Of a stretch of 64,000 nucleotides of DNA, positions 45,573-55,256 are shown piece after piece. Both the position numbers and the translations under genes were made by a program. Position 1 is the first letter of the stretch; the number at the start of each line of letters is the position of its first letter. Where the stretch lies: positions 13,879-77,878 of the forward strand of contig JBBSWO010000003.1 of assembly GCA_038046245.1 (NCBI GenBank), in the 5' to 3' direction. A model generated the notes under the pieces. That model was not told where the DNA came from and did not search any database. It saw only the letters and a program-made list of their open reading frames with translations. Source of the DNA: Nanobdellota archaeon. GTDB taxonomy: Archaea > Nanobdellota > Nanobdellia > Pacearchaeales > GW2011-AR1.

Positions 45573-46460
45573 ATGGAGAGTAAAAGAGGATTGTATTTTG
45601 CAATTTTAGTCTTTATTATTTTGGTTTCTCTTTCAATTGTCTCTGCAGGAATTCTTGACTGGTTTAAAGGAACAGGAAAAGCATCTTCGCAGTCTCAAAA
45701 TGTTTCAGTCACAGTCGCAGGTTCAAACACAGTAACAATAGAAGTGCCAACACTTTCTTTAAACCCAATTGAAAACAATCCAGTAACTTTTGTTTTCACA
45801 GCAAATGTTTCTGATGCAGATGGTGTAAGTGACATAAATGATTCAAGCGTGACAGCAAAGTTAACATTGGGTGCAACAACGAGGCAAGGATCATGCTCAT
45901 GGAGTGCAGATATAAGCTCAACAAAAGCAAACTATTCATGTTCAATAACCCTTTGGTATTTTGATTCTTCAGGTTCAGGATGGACCTTGAATGTTTCTGC
46001 AAGCGATTTTGGAACTGGAATCTTAATAAGCAATACATCCGTTTTCACATATAACGAGCTAAAGGCAATGGTTATCTCTCCTCTAACTTTAACTTGGGCA
46101 ACAGTTACTACAGGAGCAGTAAACCAGGCATCCAGTAACGATCCAACAATAATCAACAACACTGGAAATTACAACGGACCAATCTCTGTGACGGCAAAGG
46201 ATTTAATAGGAGAGACAAATGCCCTAGAATCAATTCCAGCTTCATCATTCACATCTGGGTCAACATCTGGCACAGAATGTATCTCAACGGCTTTGGTCAA
46301 TAATGTCGTCACATCTATCGCAGGAAGTAACTCAAATCCTGGAAACTTGAGTGCGGGAGGAGGGCAAGCAAATCTTTATTACTGTATTCCGTCTGTTCCA
46401 TTAGTCTCGTCACAAGTATACTCAACAACAGCAGGAGGAAGCTGGGCAGTACAATATTAA
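45573..46460 (+). CDS. secreted protein paralogous to the C-terminal module of the preceding gene
   Basis: N-terminal MESKRG + hydrophobic helix. Residues ~70-295 align by eye with 44876-45535 (FTYxxLKAMVI, NDPTIIxNTGNYxGPI, KDLxGET, YYC). Confidence 0.6.
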   Translation: MESKRGLYFAILVFIILVSLSIVSAGILDWFKGTGKASSQSQNVSVTVAGSNTVTIEVPTLSLNPIENNPVTFVFTANVSDADGVSDINDSSVTAKLTLGATTRQGSCSWSADISSTKANYSCSITLWYFDSSGSGWTLNVSASDFGTGILISNTSVFTYNELKAMVISPLTLTWATVTTGAVNQASSNDPTIINNTGNYNGPISVTAKDLIGETNALESIPASSFTSGSTSGTECISTALVNNVVTSIAGSNSNPGNLSAGGGQANLYYCIPSVPLVSSQVYSTTAGGSWAVQY

Positions 46461-46461
46461 A

Positions 46462-46986
46462 ATGAAAACAAAAACAGTCTTACCAATATTAATAGTCCTT
46501 TCTTTATTTAGTCTTATTGGCGCAGCAGGAATCGCCTCACCTTATTGGGAAAGCAATCCTCTAGAAATGCATTATGGTGAGACAAGAATAATAAGCCTGA
46601 ATCTTCAAAACATGGTTGGAAACGAGGATGTCACGGTCAAAGTAATAATCAAGCAAGGTTCTGACATCGTCACACTTCCAAAAGATACATACACTGCTAA
46701 AGTCGGGACATCTGACACAGTAATCCCCTTGACAATCGCAGTTCCAGAAAATTACGGAAAACAATTACAGACAGTTGAGATAGAGGCAAAAACCGTGACA
46801 TCTGGCGAGGGCGGGATGGTTACTCTTGGAACTGGATGGACAACCAAGTTTGACGTTGTTTTATCTCAAAAATCTTCTTCCACACAAAGCTCTTCTTCAA
46901 CAGGAAAGATAATTGCATTGATTATAGCGATAATAGTCTTGATTATTATGATTACATTCATCATGAAGAGGAAAAAAAGCGCCTGA
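46462..46986 (+). CDS. secreted protein with C-terminal membrane anchor (174 aa)
   Basis: Sec-type signal peptide, a beta-rich domain, a Ser-rich linker, then C-terminal TM (IIALIIAIIVLIIMITFIM) + KRKK. It starts 2 nt after the previous stop. Confidence 0.55.
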   Translation: MKTKTVLPILIVLSLFSLIGAAGIASPYWESNPLEMHYGETRIISLNLQNMVGNEDVTVKVIIKQGSDIVTLPKDTYTAKVGTSDTVIPLTIAVPENYGKQLQTVEIEAKTVTSGEGGMVTLGTGWTTKFDVVLSQKSSSTQSSSSTGKIIALIIAIIVLIIMITFIMKRKKSA

Positions 46987-47031
46987 GAATCTTCCCACAA
47001 AATTTATAATCTATTTTTACTGTTTTAATTG

Positions 47032-48234
47032 ATGAAAAGGTTTGTATCAATGTTCGCGATATTTCTTTTATTAACACTAATGCCAAATTTTGCCAAAGCA
47101 GAAATTACTGGAGGCATGGCTTCTCAACCCCAAAATGTTTCTATTTTTGTAATGTCTGGACCGCCAGTGATTAATATTTATTCTCCTCAAAACACAAATT
47201 ATACAAACACAAGCGTTTTACTAAACTATTCCATATCAAACAATTTCAGTTCAGCCTGGTACACTCTTGATAGTTCTGAGAATGTATCACTTCCAAACTC
47301 GCCAAATTATTCAACAGTACTAACAGCTTCTTTTGGAAGTCATGTTCTTTATTTATACGCCAATAACAGTCAAGGAATTAGTTTTTCAAGAGTTGATTTC
47401 GGTGTTTTGAGTCAATCCACACAACCCCCAAGTTCTGGCTCAAGCGGCGGTGCTGGAGGTGGTGGAGGAAGTGGGGGCTCATCCTCAGGGGTAACTGCAT
47501 TTGATCTTGAAAAAAATCTGCTTCAAACATCATTGACGCAGGGAGAATCTAAAACAGAAATTATAAAGATAAAAAATGTTGGAACTTCAAAGATTACAGT
47601 TTTAATAGAAACTTTAAACTTAGATAATTTTGTGTTGATTGAAGACAAAAATTTGACTCTTAATGTTGGAGAAACAAAAGAATTAGAGGCTCGTTTTTTT
47701 GCATTGTCAACTTTTCCTCCAGGAATTTATTTTGGAAAGATAATTTTTACTTCTGGAAGCTTTAAAGAATCAGTTGTTTCAGTTATTGATGTGAAGCAAA
47801 AAAATGCTCTTTTTGATGTCAATCTTGAAGTATTGCCAAACTACAAAACAACTTCTCCAGGAAAAAAGATTTCTACTCTCATAGACATGACTAATATTGC
47901 ATTTAGGGGGACAGCCGTTGACGTTGATTTATTTTTGAAGATAACAGATTTGGACAAAAAAATAGTCTACGAATCTTCAAAAGAGACAATTGCCGTAAGG
48001 GATAATTTGTCAATAACAAGGCAGCTTCAGTTGCCAAAAGATCTTGCATCTGGAACATATTTTGTCTTGGGAGAGATTTTGTACAATAATGTTTCTGCAA
48101 GCTCTTACGATACGATTGATGTCAAGAGTAATGCAGTTTCTATCTGGATTGTTTTGTTAGTCATCTTGGCTTTTATCGTTTGGGCATTTTTTATATGGCT
48201 GAAAGTTCACAAGAATAAGAAGAAGAGAAAGTGA
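47032..48234 (+). CDS. secreted protein with Gly/Ser linker and C-terminal membrane anchor
   Basis: Signal peptide (FAIFLLLTLMPNFAKA), SSGSSGGAGGGGGSGGSSSG linker, beta-rich domain, C-terminal TM + KNKKKRK. A TATA-like AATTTATAAT lies at 47001-47010. Confidence 0.55.
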   Translation: MKRFVSMFAIFLLLTLMPNFAKAEITGGMASQPQNVSIFVMSGPPVINIYSPQNTNYTNTSVLLNYSISNNFSSAWYTLDSSENVSLPNSPNYSTVLTASFGSHVLYLYANNSQGISFSRVDFGVLSQSTQPPSSGSSGGAGGGGGSGGSSSGVTAFDLEKNLLQTSLTQGESKTEIIKIKNVGTSKITVLIETLNLDNFVLIEDKNLTLNVGETKELEARFFALSTFPPGIYFGKIIFTSGSFKESVVSVIDVKQKNALFDVNLEVLPNYKTTSPGKKISTLIDMTNIAFRGTAVDVDLFLKITDLDKKIVYESSKETIAVRDNLSITRQLQLPKDLASGTYFVLGEILYNNVSASSYDTIDVKSNAVSIWIVLLVILAFIVWAFFIWLKVHKNKKKRK

Positions 48235-48239
48235 AAACC

Positions 48240-49022
48240 TCACTTCCATATTCCAAAACCATGACCACGCTCAAGGCCACTATAGCCTGCCCTAATAATA
48301 AGGGAATTGCTCGAGAATCTTGCGTGGATTGTAGACACTTCTTGTTCTAATGTGTAGATTAACCTCCTATCTTCAAGTGCAACAATATAAGGTTGATTTT
48401 TGAATTTGGTGGAAACTTCTGCAAGTTTTTGAGCTCCTTCTTCACCATAACTTGCAATAACAAACCCATTTTTTGCTAGAAAATCTGGAGTGTTAAACTC
48501 TAAGTTATAAGTCTCTTTTGGAGCAAATCTTACTTTTTCATCTTTGCTAAATCTAACTCCTCTAATCTCTTTACTATTTTCAAGCATTACTTCAAGCTCA
48601 TTTTGATCTAAATCCTGTTTTATTCCTATTGCTTCTGGATCTTGTTGGACAACATAAACTCCCTTTTTTGTCCATAAGGTTTTATTAAATACCCAAAAAC
48701 CTACAGTATCTGATGCTCCTTCTTCCATTATATTCCTAATTTCTCTAAATTCTGGCTCATTTTTAAGGTTAGAACAATACGCAGCATAAATGACTGAAGC
48801 TGTTTGGTCTCCTGTCGCAATCAATTGGTGTTGTTTAAGGATTTGTGATTTAACAGAAGGATCGGTACTAGCACCAGAAAAGTCTTGAGTCCACGATCTT
48901 GCTTTTCCATTACTATAAGGGTTAGCCCCAGAAAAAGGGTAAGCAACTTTTATTTCTTTTTCCCTATGGGGAATTATCAATTCGACTCTTCCTCTTACAA
49001 TTCTTGGTTCTTGCGTTTCCAT
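48240..49022 (-). CDS. hypothetical cytoplasmic protein (260 aa)
   Basis: ATG ORF without a competing frame; no family recognised. Confidence 0.45.
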   Translation of the reverse strand: METQEPRIVRGRVELIIPHREKEIKVAYPFSGANPYSNGKARSWTQDFSGASTDPSVKSQILKQHQLIATGDQTASVIYAAYCSNLKNEPEFREIRNIMEEGASDTVGFWVFNKTLWTKKGVYVVQQDPEAIGIKQDLDQNELEVMLENSKEIRGVRFSKDEKVRFAPKETYNLEFNTPDFLAKNGFVIASYGEEGAQKLAEVSTKFKNQPYIVALEDRRLIYTLEQEVSTIHARFSSNSLIIRAGYSGLERGHGFGIWK

Positions 49023-49077
49023 ATTTTTCCCAGAAATATCCTCTTTTTAAAGATTGTTATAAAATTATAAAATAACC

Positions 49078-51090
49078 CTAAATCCTTTTCTTTCTCAGCA
49101 AATTAGCGTTCATCACAACAGTTATGCTAGATGCAGCCATTGCTATCTCAGCAATTATTGGATGTAAAATTCCCGCAATGGCTGCTGGAATCGCAACAAC
49201 ATTATATGCAAAAGCCCAGAACAGATTCTGTTTTATCTTTGAGAATGTGGCTTTTGAAAGACTTATTGCTGCAACAACGCCCATCAAAGACCCTCTTGCC
49301 AAGACCAAATCTCCAGCCTCAATCGCGATATCTGTCCCAGTTCCCATCGCAATTGCAACATTGGCTTGCTTCAAAGCAGGAGCATCATTGATTCCATCTC
49401 CAACAAAAGCGACCATTCCAAATCTTTGAAGTTCTTCAACTTTTTTCGCTTTGTCTTCAGGAAGGACGTTTGCAATCACTTCTTTGATTCCGACCTCTCT
49501 GGCTATAGTTCTAGCAGTTCTTTCATTATCTCCGGTTATCATGACTGTTTTATATCCCTGAATGTTAAGTATGCTTATGGCCTTGACAGAGTCTTCTTTA
49601 ACCCCATCAGCAATTCCGATTATTCCAATTGCCTTCCCATTTTCTGAAACAGTGACAGTTGTGTAACCTCTGTTTTCAAATTCCTCGATTTTCTCACTTA
49701 AATCGTTTAACTTTATTTTTCTCTCATTCATGAGTGTAGAATTGCCAATAACAATAATTTTCTTACCGATTTTTCCTTCAACACCTCTTCCTCTCAAAAT
49801 TTTGAAACCTTTGACATCTTTGTATTTTTTCAGATTGGCTTTGTTGACAATAGCTTTTGACAGAGGATGTTCACTCAATTTTTCAAGACTTCCTGCAATT
49901 TCCATCAGATAATTCTCTTTCACTTTAGAATAAACGTCTCTGACTTCAGGCTTGCCTTTTGTTATTGTTCCCGTTTTATCAAAGACGATAATTTTTACTT
50001 TTTTCATCGTCTGAATCGCTTCCCCTTTTCTTATGAGTATTCCTTTTTTTGCGCCAATACCTGAACCAACAGTGAGGGCAATTGGCACAGCCAATCCCAA
50101 AGCACAAGGGCATGCAATGACCAGGACAGAAATTGCAACACCTAAAGATCTTCCCAGTTCTCCGTTAAAATACCACCATCCTAAAAAAGTTAAGACAGAA
50201 ACAATCAAAATTGTTGGTACGAAAATGCTTGTAATCTTGTCAGCAAGTTTTTGTATGGGGACTTTGGTTCCTTGAGCTTCCTCGACAAGTTCAATGATAT
50301 GTGACAAAAAAGTGTCTTTCCCGATTTTTGTAGCTTTGATGTAAAGGATTCCATCTTGATTTATAGTGGCCCCGATAACGTTGCTGTCTTTTGTTTTGTC
50401 AACAGGCAGACTTTCTCCCGTCACCATAGATTCGTCAACAGCACTTTCACCTTTGACAACAACACCGTCCGTCGGGATTTTTTCTCCAGGTTTGACAATT
50501 ATTATGTCTCCAATCTTTAATTCAGAAACGGGAATTTCAACTTCTTCTTTTCCTCTCAAGACTCTTGCATTTTTTGCTCCAAGTTCTAGAAGTTTTTTTA
50601 TTTCCTGGGTTGCTCTTCCCCTTGCTTTAGCTTCTATATATTTTCCAGTTACAAAAATGGCCATTATCATTGCAGCAACCCCCGAATAATCGTTTATCTT
50701 CATGACAAAAGTTAATATTCCTGTAAGATAAGCAATGAGTGTTCCCAAAGAAATCAAAGAGTCCATATTAAAGTAGAAAGTAAAAAGGCCTCTTAGCCCA
50801 GATTTTAATGTTGAAAATCCAAATACAAACACTACTGGAAATCCAAGGACTAATAAGATTGTTATTGAGATTTGCTCGTTAAACAATTCCATTCCAAAAA
50901 ATCTCATTAAAATCATTAATACTGCTACTGGAATTGCAAAAATCCAGCTTCCTATTAATTTTTTCTTCCAGTTCCTTATTTCAGAATCTTCTACTGGCGC
51001 AGAATGATCATGATCTTCATGCCCCATATTCTTCATGCCTGAATGATTGTGCTCAGACATTTTCTTCATGCCGTTATATTGATGTTCCAT
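49078..51090 (-). CDS. copA: copper-translocating P1B-type ATPase
   Basis: CPC in [10 protein letters not shown], phosphorylation site DKTGTIT, hinge [12 protein letters not shown] actuator motif. The N-terminus is His/Met-rich ([16 protein letters not shown]) instead of an HMA domain. Confidence 0.9.
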   Translation of the reverse strand: MEHQYNGMKKMSEHNHSGMKNMGHEDHDHSAPVEDSEIRNWKKKLIGSWIFAIPVAVLMILMRFFGMELFNEQISITILLVLGFPVVFVFGFSTLKSGLRGLFTFYFNMDSLISLGTLIAYLTGILTFVMKINDYSGVAAMIMAIFVTGKYIEAKARGRATQEIKKLLELGAKNARVLRGKEEVEIPVSELKIGDIIIVKPGEKIPTDGVVVKGESAVDESMVTGESLPVDKTKDSNVIGATINQDGILYIKATKIGKDTFLSHIIELVEEAQGTKVPIQKLADKITSIFVPTILIVSVLTFLGWWYFNGELGRSLGVAISVLVIACPCALGLAVPIALTVGSGIGAKKGILIRKGEAIQTMKKVKIIVFDKTGTITKGKPEVRDVYSKVKENYLMEIAGSLEKLSEHPLSKAIVNKANLKKYKDVKGFKILRGRGVEGKIGKKIIVIGNSTLMNERKIKLNDLSEKIEEFENRGYTTVTVSENGKAIGIIGIADGVKEDSVKAISILNIQGYKTVMITGDNERTARTIAREVGIKEVIANVLPEDKAKKVEELQRFGMVAFVGDGINDAPALKQANVAIAMGTGTDIAIEAGDLVLARGSLMGVVAAISLSKATFSKIKQNLFWAFAYNVVAIPAAIAGILHPIIAEIAMAASSITVVMNANLLRKKRI

Positions 51091-51092
51091 TA

Positions 51093-51305
51093 TTATTCTA
51101 TAGAAATTGCTTTGTAACCAGTTCTTGCAACAGCTTTTTTAAGTTCTTCGGGATCGGTTTTCTCATCAATCTCCACGAATGCTTTTTTTCCGATCAGACT
51201 GACGCTAACTTCTTTAACACCAGAAACTTTTTTCAAACTTCTTTCAACATTTGTTGCACAGCTTGCACAGTCCATTCCTTCTATGTTTATTTTAATTTTT
51301 TTCAT
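51093..51305 (-). CDS. copZ: copper chaperone (HMA domain)
   Basis: GMDCASC metal-binding motif; 70 aa ferredoxin-like pattern. It ends 2 nt before copA starts. Confidence 0.85.
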   Translation of the reverse strand: MKKIKINIEGMDCASCATNVERSLKKVSGVKEVSVSLIGKKAFVEIDEKTDPEELKKAVARTGYKAISIE

Positions 51306-51315
51306 GTTACAAAGA

Positions 51316-51368
51316 TATGTATTTATTTATCATATGATAACGTAAACCATATGACTATTTAAATGTTT
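51316..51368 (-). promoter_or_regulatory. copZ-copA promoter/operator module: TATA + two TCATATGA-type palindromes
   Basis: The coding strand reads AAAACATTTAAATAG-TCATATGG-TTTACGTTA-TCATATGA-TAAATAAATACATA. It is ~85% identical over ~52 bp to the module at 53646-53697. Confidence 0.5.
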
Positions 51369-51452
51369 TGTTGCAAAAAAAGGGAGAGGTCATAAGGAAA
51401 ACCGTAGCTCTCTTAAGGGAAGCTTCATAAAAGAAACCGTAGGTGTCTTTTA

Positions 51453-51836
51453 TTAATTGACTACTAAAGTCCCATAACCCATTCCCATCCCACATTGGAA
51501 CTTATATGTTCCTGCCTTTGTTGGTGTGAACTCGACATAATCGCTCGTGGATTGAAGGCTTTTTCTTACATTAAGACTCGGTATTGTAAACGTTCTGTAA
51601 CATCCAACAACACTATTATCTAGACTTATTCTAACTGGTTCATTTGCCTTTACAGTTACAGTATTAGGATAATAATTGTAATCTTTCATGCTTAGGACAA
51701 CATTTTGTATTTGTCCTGGTTGAGTGTTTGGAGGTATGACTGAACTTCCTGCAGTATTATCCCCTTTATCTTTAAAGATAAATATCCCTCCAACAACTAA
51801 AACTATAAACAAAATAACATAGACATATGTTTTCAT
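51453..51836 (-). CDS. cupredoxin-like domain protein, membrane-anchored (127 aa)
   Basis: N-terminal TM, then a beta-sandwich pattern ending EFTPTKAGTYKFQCGMGMGYGTLVV. The start overlaps the upstream stop (ATGA). Confidence 0.5.
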   Translation of the reverse strand: MKTYVYVILFIVLVVGGIFIFKDKGDNTAGSSVIPPNTQPGQIQNVVLSMKDYNYYPNTVTVKANEPVRISLDNSVVGCYRTFTIPSLNVRKSLQSTSDYVEFTPTKAGTYKFQCGMGMGYGTLVVN

Positions 51837-52315
51837 AGTAAGGCGGCTCCCCCGCAACCACATCCGCCGCCTGAGCCGCCACAGCTAGCTCCTGCTGCAA
51901 GAGGTTGTTCGGCGTATGCTGATTTGCTCCCATCATTTTCCAATACTGTGAAAGTTCCTTTGTACATGTTCATTGAGCACGCAATATTGAAAGTTCCAGC
52001 TTTGTCAGGAGTGAATTCTATTGTATTATCATTGCTGTTTAAATTTTTTCTAACATTGAATGAAGGTATGACCACTGATTTTGAGCATCCCGGCATTTTT
52101 GAAACATCTCCTTCAATTCTTACTGGAACACCTTTTGTCACAGTTGATGGTGTTAAAACATATTTTCCTCCTTCGACATACATCTTTATGATCTGGACAT
52201 TTCCCTGTGCTGGAAGTTTTTGTTCAATTGCTGAAACACTTTGGGAAAACACAAAGTAGCCAACTATAAAAATCACAAGAATGCTTAGCGCTCCAAACAC
52301 AGTACTTTTTTTCAT
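51833..52315 (-). CDS. cupredoxin-like domain protein with Cys/Gly-rich C-terminal tail
   Basis: Paralogue of the downstream gene (EFTPDKAGTFNIACSMNMYKGTFTV). The tail is GASCGGSGGGCGCGGAALL. The start overlaps the upstream stop (ATGA). Confidence 0.5.
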   Translation of the reverse strand: MKKSTVFGALSILVIFIVGYFVFSQSVSAIEQKLPAQGNVQIIKMYVEGGKYVLTPSTVTKGVPVRIEGDVSKMPGCSKSVVIPSFNVRKNLNSNDNTIEFTPDKAGTFNIACSMNMYKGTFTVLENDGSKSAYAEQPLAAGASCGGSGGGCGCGGAALL

Positions 52316-52995
52316 CCGAATAATAAACTCCTTGGTCCGAAGACCATTAGCCATGCAGTCACCGCAGTTAAAATAAAGCTCACGACTATTGTTGAAAAAT
52401 GATCAGCGAAATGTTCCCTGTCTTTTTCTTTAGTCTCTCCGTAAATCATATAGCTTAAACCAACCAATATAACTCCGCAGACTCCAAATATTATTATAGA
52501 CGCATATTTAAGATTATCGTTTAGCATCATGACTGCAGTCATAGCTCCCATTAGCCCTCCCATAAACCCGGCCATTGCTCCTTCCATAAATCCCATCACT
52601 CCACAGGTTAATCCATTCCAAATTCCTAATGCCATTCCTATGACAATCCCAAAGACACTTCCCCAGAACATTCCGTTAGTTGCTCCAATATAGAACCCTG
52701 CCAAAAATCCAGCAATCATTCCAATAGTCATCCCAATCATCATTCCAGACATGCATGAGAAAAACTTGTAAGCCTGAACCTGCCTTACAGTTGGAAGAAT
52801 AAGAGCATAGCTCAAAACAGCAAAAAACAAATAGAACCCATATTTGGGCATAAAGTTTTCAATAAACCTGAATCTGAGATAATACATAACTGCCAAGAGA
52901 ACAAACGAAGTTATCAAAGATATGAAAATAGTCTTGACAATTTCTCCTTCGACTCTCTTGCCATTTAACTCCTTGATGAATTCTTTTACGGCCAT
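52312..52995 (-). CDS. Met/Gly-rich polytopic membrane protein
   Basis: 227 aa, about 6 TM. The helices are dominated by G, M and A (MSGMMIGMTIGMIAGFLAGF..., MEGAMAGFMGGLMGAMTAVMM). Confidence 0.5.
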   Translation of the reverse strand: MAVKEFIKELNGKRVEGEIVKTIFISLITSFVLLAVMYYLRFRFIENFMPKYGFYLFFAVLSYALILPTVRQVQAYKFFSCMSGMMIGMTIGMIAGFLAGFYIGATNGMFWGSVFGIVIGMALGIWNGLTCGVMGFMEGAMAGFMGGLMGAMTAVMMLNDNLKYASIIIFGVCGVILVGLSYMIYGETKEKDREHFADHFSTIVVSFILTAVTAWLMVFGPRSLLFG

Positions 52996-52996
52996 T

Positions 52997-53308
52997 TTAT
53001 TTTTGTATTTGTTTAATAAGCCAGACTATGAGCAAAATTATCGCTATCGTTATCAAAATCATAAAAAACCACCCAAACGCATTCATTCCATATCCGCCAT
53101 AAAAACCACTCATCATGCCGCCGTACCCGCCATAACCCATCATCCCATATCCAAAACCCCCGATTAAAATGAGTCCAAATAAGGCAATCAATACAATAAC
53201 TAAAGTGTTGTTGGTTTTAGCAGATTTATTGAATTTTCTGGTTGCAGGATTATTGTACTTTCCGGTTGCAGGATTCATAAAAACCCGCCGGTGGTTTTTA
53301 TTTTTCAT
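52997..53308 (-). CDS. small membrane protein with Gly/Tyr/Met-rich loop
   Basis: Two TM helices flank GYGMMGYGGYGGMMSGFYGGYGMN. It overlaps the arsR stop by 11 nt. Confidence 0.5.
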   Translation of the reverse strand: MKNKNHRRVFMNPATGKYNNPATRKFNKSAKTNNTLVIVLIALFGLILIGGFGYGMMGYGGYGGMMSGFYGGYGMNAFGWFFMILITIAIILLIVWLIKQIQK

Positions 53309-53663
53309 ATTTCATTTCCCTCAATATATGGATGCAATTTCCAGCCATGTGTTTCTCAATAATGTCCATCATGGGCTTTATAGTCTCTTCGTTCAGCTCG
53401 TAATACCTGAACTTTCCTTCACTTTCAACTTTTACAAAACCACATCTTTTTAATCTTGCCAGATCATGTGAGGCTGATGTTTGGTCCAAATCCAATTCCT
53501 GCATAATTTCAGAAACATTCTTTTTTCCTTTTCTTAAAAAATTGATTATTTTAAGCCTTGATTCTGAGACAAGAGTTCCGAAAAATATTTTGTATGCTCC
53601 GTAAAGTTCATTCTCGTTATAACCTTCATGGTGGGCGTGATGCAGTATGTTTTTGTTTATCAT
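53298..53663 (-). CDS. ArsR/SmtB-family metalloregulator
   Basis: wHTH block LKIINFLRKGKKNVSEIMQELDLDQTSASHDLARLKRCGFVKVESEGKFRYYEL with a His-rich N-terminus (HHAHHEG). ATG at 53663 (MINKNILHH) is preferred over the TTG at 53675. Confidence 0.75.
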   Translation of the reverse strand: MINKNILHHAHHEGYNENELYGAYKIFFGTLVSESRLKIINFLRKGKKNVSEIMQELDLDQTSASHDLARLKRCGFVKVESEGKFRYYELNEETIKPMMDIIEKHMAGNCIHILREMKYEK

Positions 53664-53697
53664 ATGAGAGCCCAAATCATATGACTATTTAAAGTTT
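53646..53697 (-). promoter_or_regulatory. arsR-operon promoter/operator module: TATA + two TCATATGA palindromes, the second containing the start codon
   Basis: The coding strand reads AAAACTTTAAATAG-TCATATGA-TTTGGGCTC-TCATATGA-TAAAC. The ATG lies ~22 nt after the TATA element, which implies a leaderless mRNA. Confidence 0.5.
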
Positions 53698-53747
53698 TCT
53701 CTAAGAACAAAAAATAAGAATTAAAATTATAAAACAAAAATAAAAAA

Positions 53748-54488
53748 TTAAGCAGCCAAAGCCGCGTCAATAGCACTCTGGAATGCAGCAAAAGGCTGTG
53801 CACCGCTTATTAATCTGCCATCTACAAAGAATGCAGGCGTACCCTGAACTCCATAGTTCTGGCCTTCTGTAGAATCTTTTTGAACTTCAGCGGTCATTGC
53901 TCCAGAATCTAGACATGTGGCAAATTTAGTTGCGTCAAGCCCTGATTCCTGTGCATACTTCTTAAGGCTGGCAACATCCAAAGCTCCCTGATTTGCGAAC
54001 ATTTTATCATGCATCTTGAAGTAGGCACTGTCTCCGCCCTGTTCTCCAGCACATTCAGCAGCTTCTGCAGCTTTTTGTGCAAAGGGATGTATACTATTCA
54101 AAGGAAAGTCTCTAAAGACTAACCTGACTTTTCCAGTATCAATATAGTTTTTTTGTATCTGAGGTAACGTGTCTGTCCAGAATCTTCCACAGAATGGACA
54201 TTGGTAATCAGAGAATTCAACTATTGTGACTTTGGCATCTTTTTTTCCAGTCATTGCATCGTCATCAATGCTTACTTTAACAGCGCTTGGCGTTGGTGCA
54301 GTAGGATTTGCAGTAGGTGTTGGCGCGACAGCTGCTCCTGTTGTTGGAACCCCGTTTTTTCCCAATCCGAAACCTCCTGTAAAAAGGCTTATCACTAAAA
54401 GTGCAGCGAAAACAAAAGTTGCTCCTTTCCACAGACTATCTTTCTTTATCGTTATTGCTCCACTTTCTTCGTTTTTTTCTTCACTCAT
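53748..54488 (-). CDS. membrane-anchored DsbA-family thiol:disulfide oxidoreductase
   Basis: N-terminal TM, Ala/Pro/Thr linker, then a thioredoxin-fold domain with CPFC (EFSDYQCPFCGRF) and the GTPAFFV cis-Pro region. Confidence 0.75.
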   Translation of the reverse strand: MSEEKNEESGAITIKKDSLWKGATFVFAALLVISLFTGGFGLGKNGVPTTGAAVAPTPTANPTAPTPSAVKVSIDDDAMTGKKDAKVTIVEFSDYQCPFCGRFWTDTLPQIQKNYIDTGKVRLVFRDFPLNSIHPFAQKAAEAAECAGEQGGDSAYFKMHDKMFANQGALDVASLKKYAQESGLDATKFATCLDSGAMTAEVQKDSTEGQNYGVQGTPAFFVDGRLISGAQPFAAFQSAIDAALAA

Positions 54489-54587
54489 TTTTATACCTCC
54501 TTACATTGATTAAGTATCACAAAATTTCACCAAAATAAGTAAAAATCCTAATAACTTATTTTTTATAAACTTTCTGGTTCTTCAAAG

Positions 54588-55256
54588 CTATTTTTCAGTT
54601 ATTATAAAGTCCTCTTCAGCACCAAGTTCCAAAAGGCTGTTTTTTATGTCTTTCACAAAAAATGGCGGGCCGCATATGTAAAAATGCTGGCCAAAATCTT
54701 TTATTCTGTCTTTTAAAAATTTCTTGTTTATTTTTCCATATTCATAACCTTTTTTCTTCTCTTCAGTCAAAACCAAAACCAAATTTTCCTTAAACATATC
54801 AACCAATTCTTTTTCAAAAAGAATGTCTTCCTTTTTTTTATTCGAGAATATCAAAGTGTTCCCATCCAACTTATTTTCTTTTTTAAGCTGTCTTGATATT
54901 GCGATAAATGGAGTGACTCCCGCCCCTCCAGCGATGAAAACTCCTTTTCCTTTGTAGCTTATTGTTCCAAACGGGTCTTCTATGATAAGTTCATCTCCAG
55001 GTTTTAATTCATGAAGCTTTTCAGTGACTCCATCTTTGTATTTTTTTATTGTGAACTCAAGGACTAAATCATCATTTAAGCCACATATCGTGAAAGCTCT
55101 TTTTTTCATCTCAAATCCTGGTTTGTTTATCGAGACATCCGCAGCCTGTCCGGGCATAAATCTGTAACCATTTGGTTTTTCAACAATGAAACTTTTGACA
55201 TTGTGGCTTACAAAATCTGTTTTCATGACTTTTAGAATTTTAACCTTATGCTGCAT
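54588..55256 (-). CDS. FNR-like FAD/NAD(P)-binding oxidoreductase
   Basis: RAFTI (RxYS-type FAD motif) and GGAGVTPF (NAD(P) motif); 222 aa, two-domain size. Confidence 0.7.
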   Translation of the reverse strand: MQHKVKILKVMKTDFVSHNVKSFIVEKPNGYRFMPGQAADVSINKPGFEMKKRAFTICGLNDDLVLEFTIKKYKDGVTEKLHELKPGDELIIEDPFGTISYKGKGVFIAGGAGVTPFIAISRQLKKENKLDGNTLIFSNKKKEDILFEKELVDMFKENLVLVLTEEKKKGYEYGKINKKFLKDRIKDFGQHFYICGPPFFVKDIKNSLLELGAEEDFIITEK

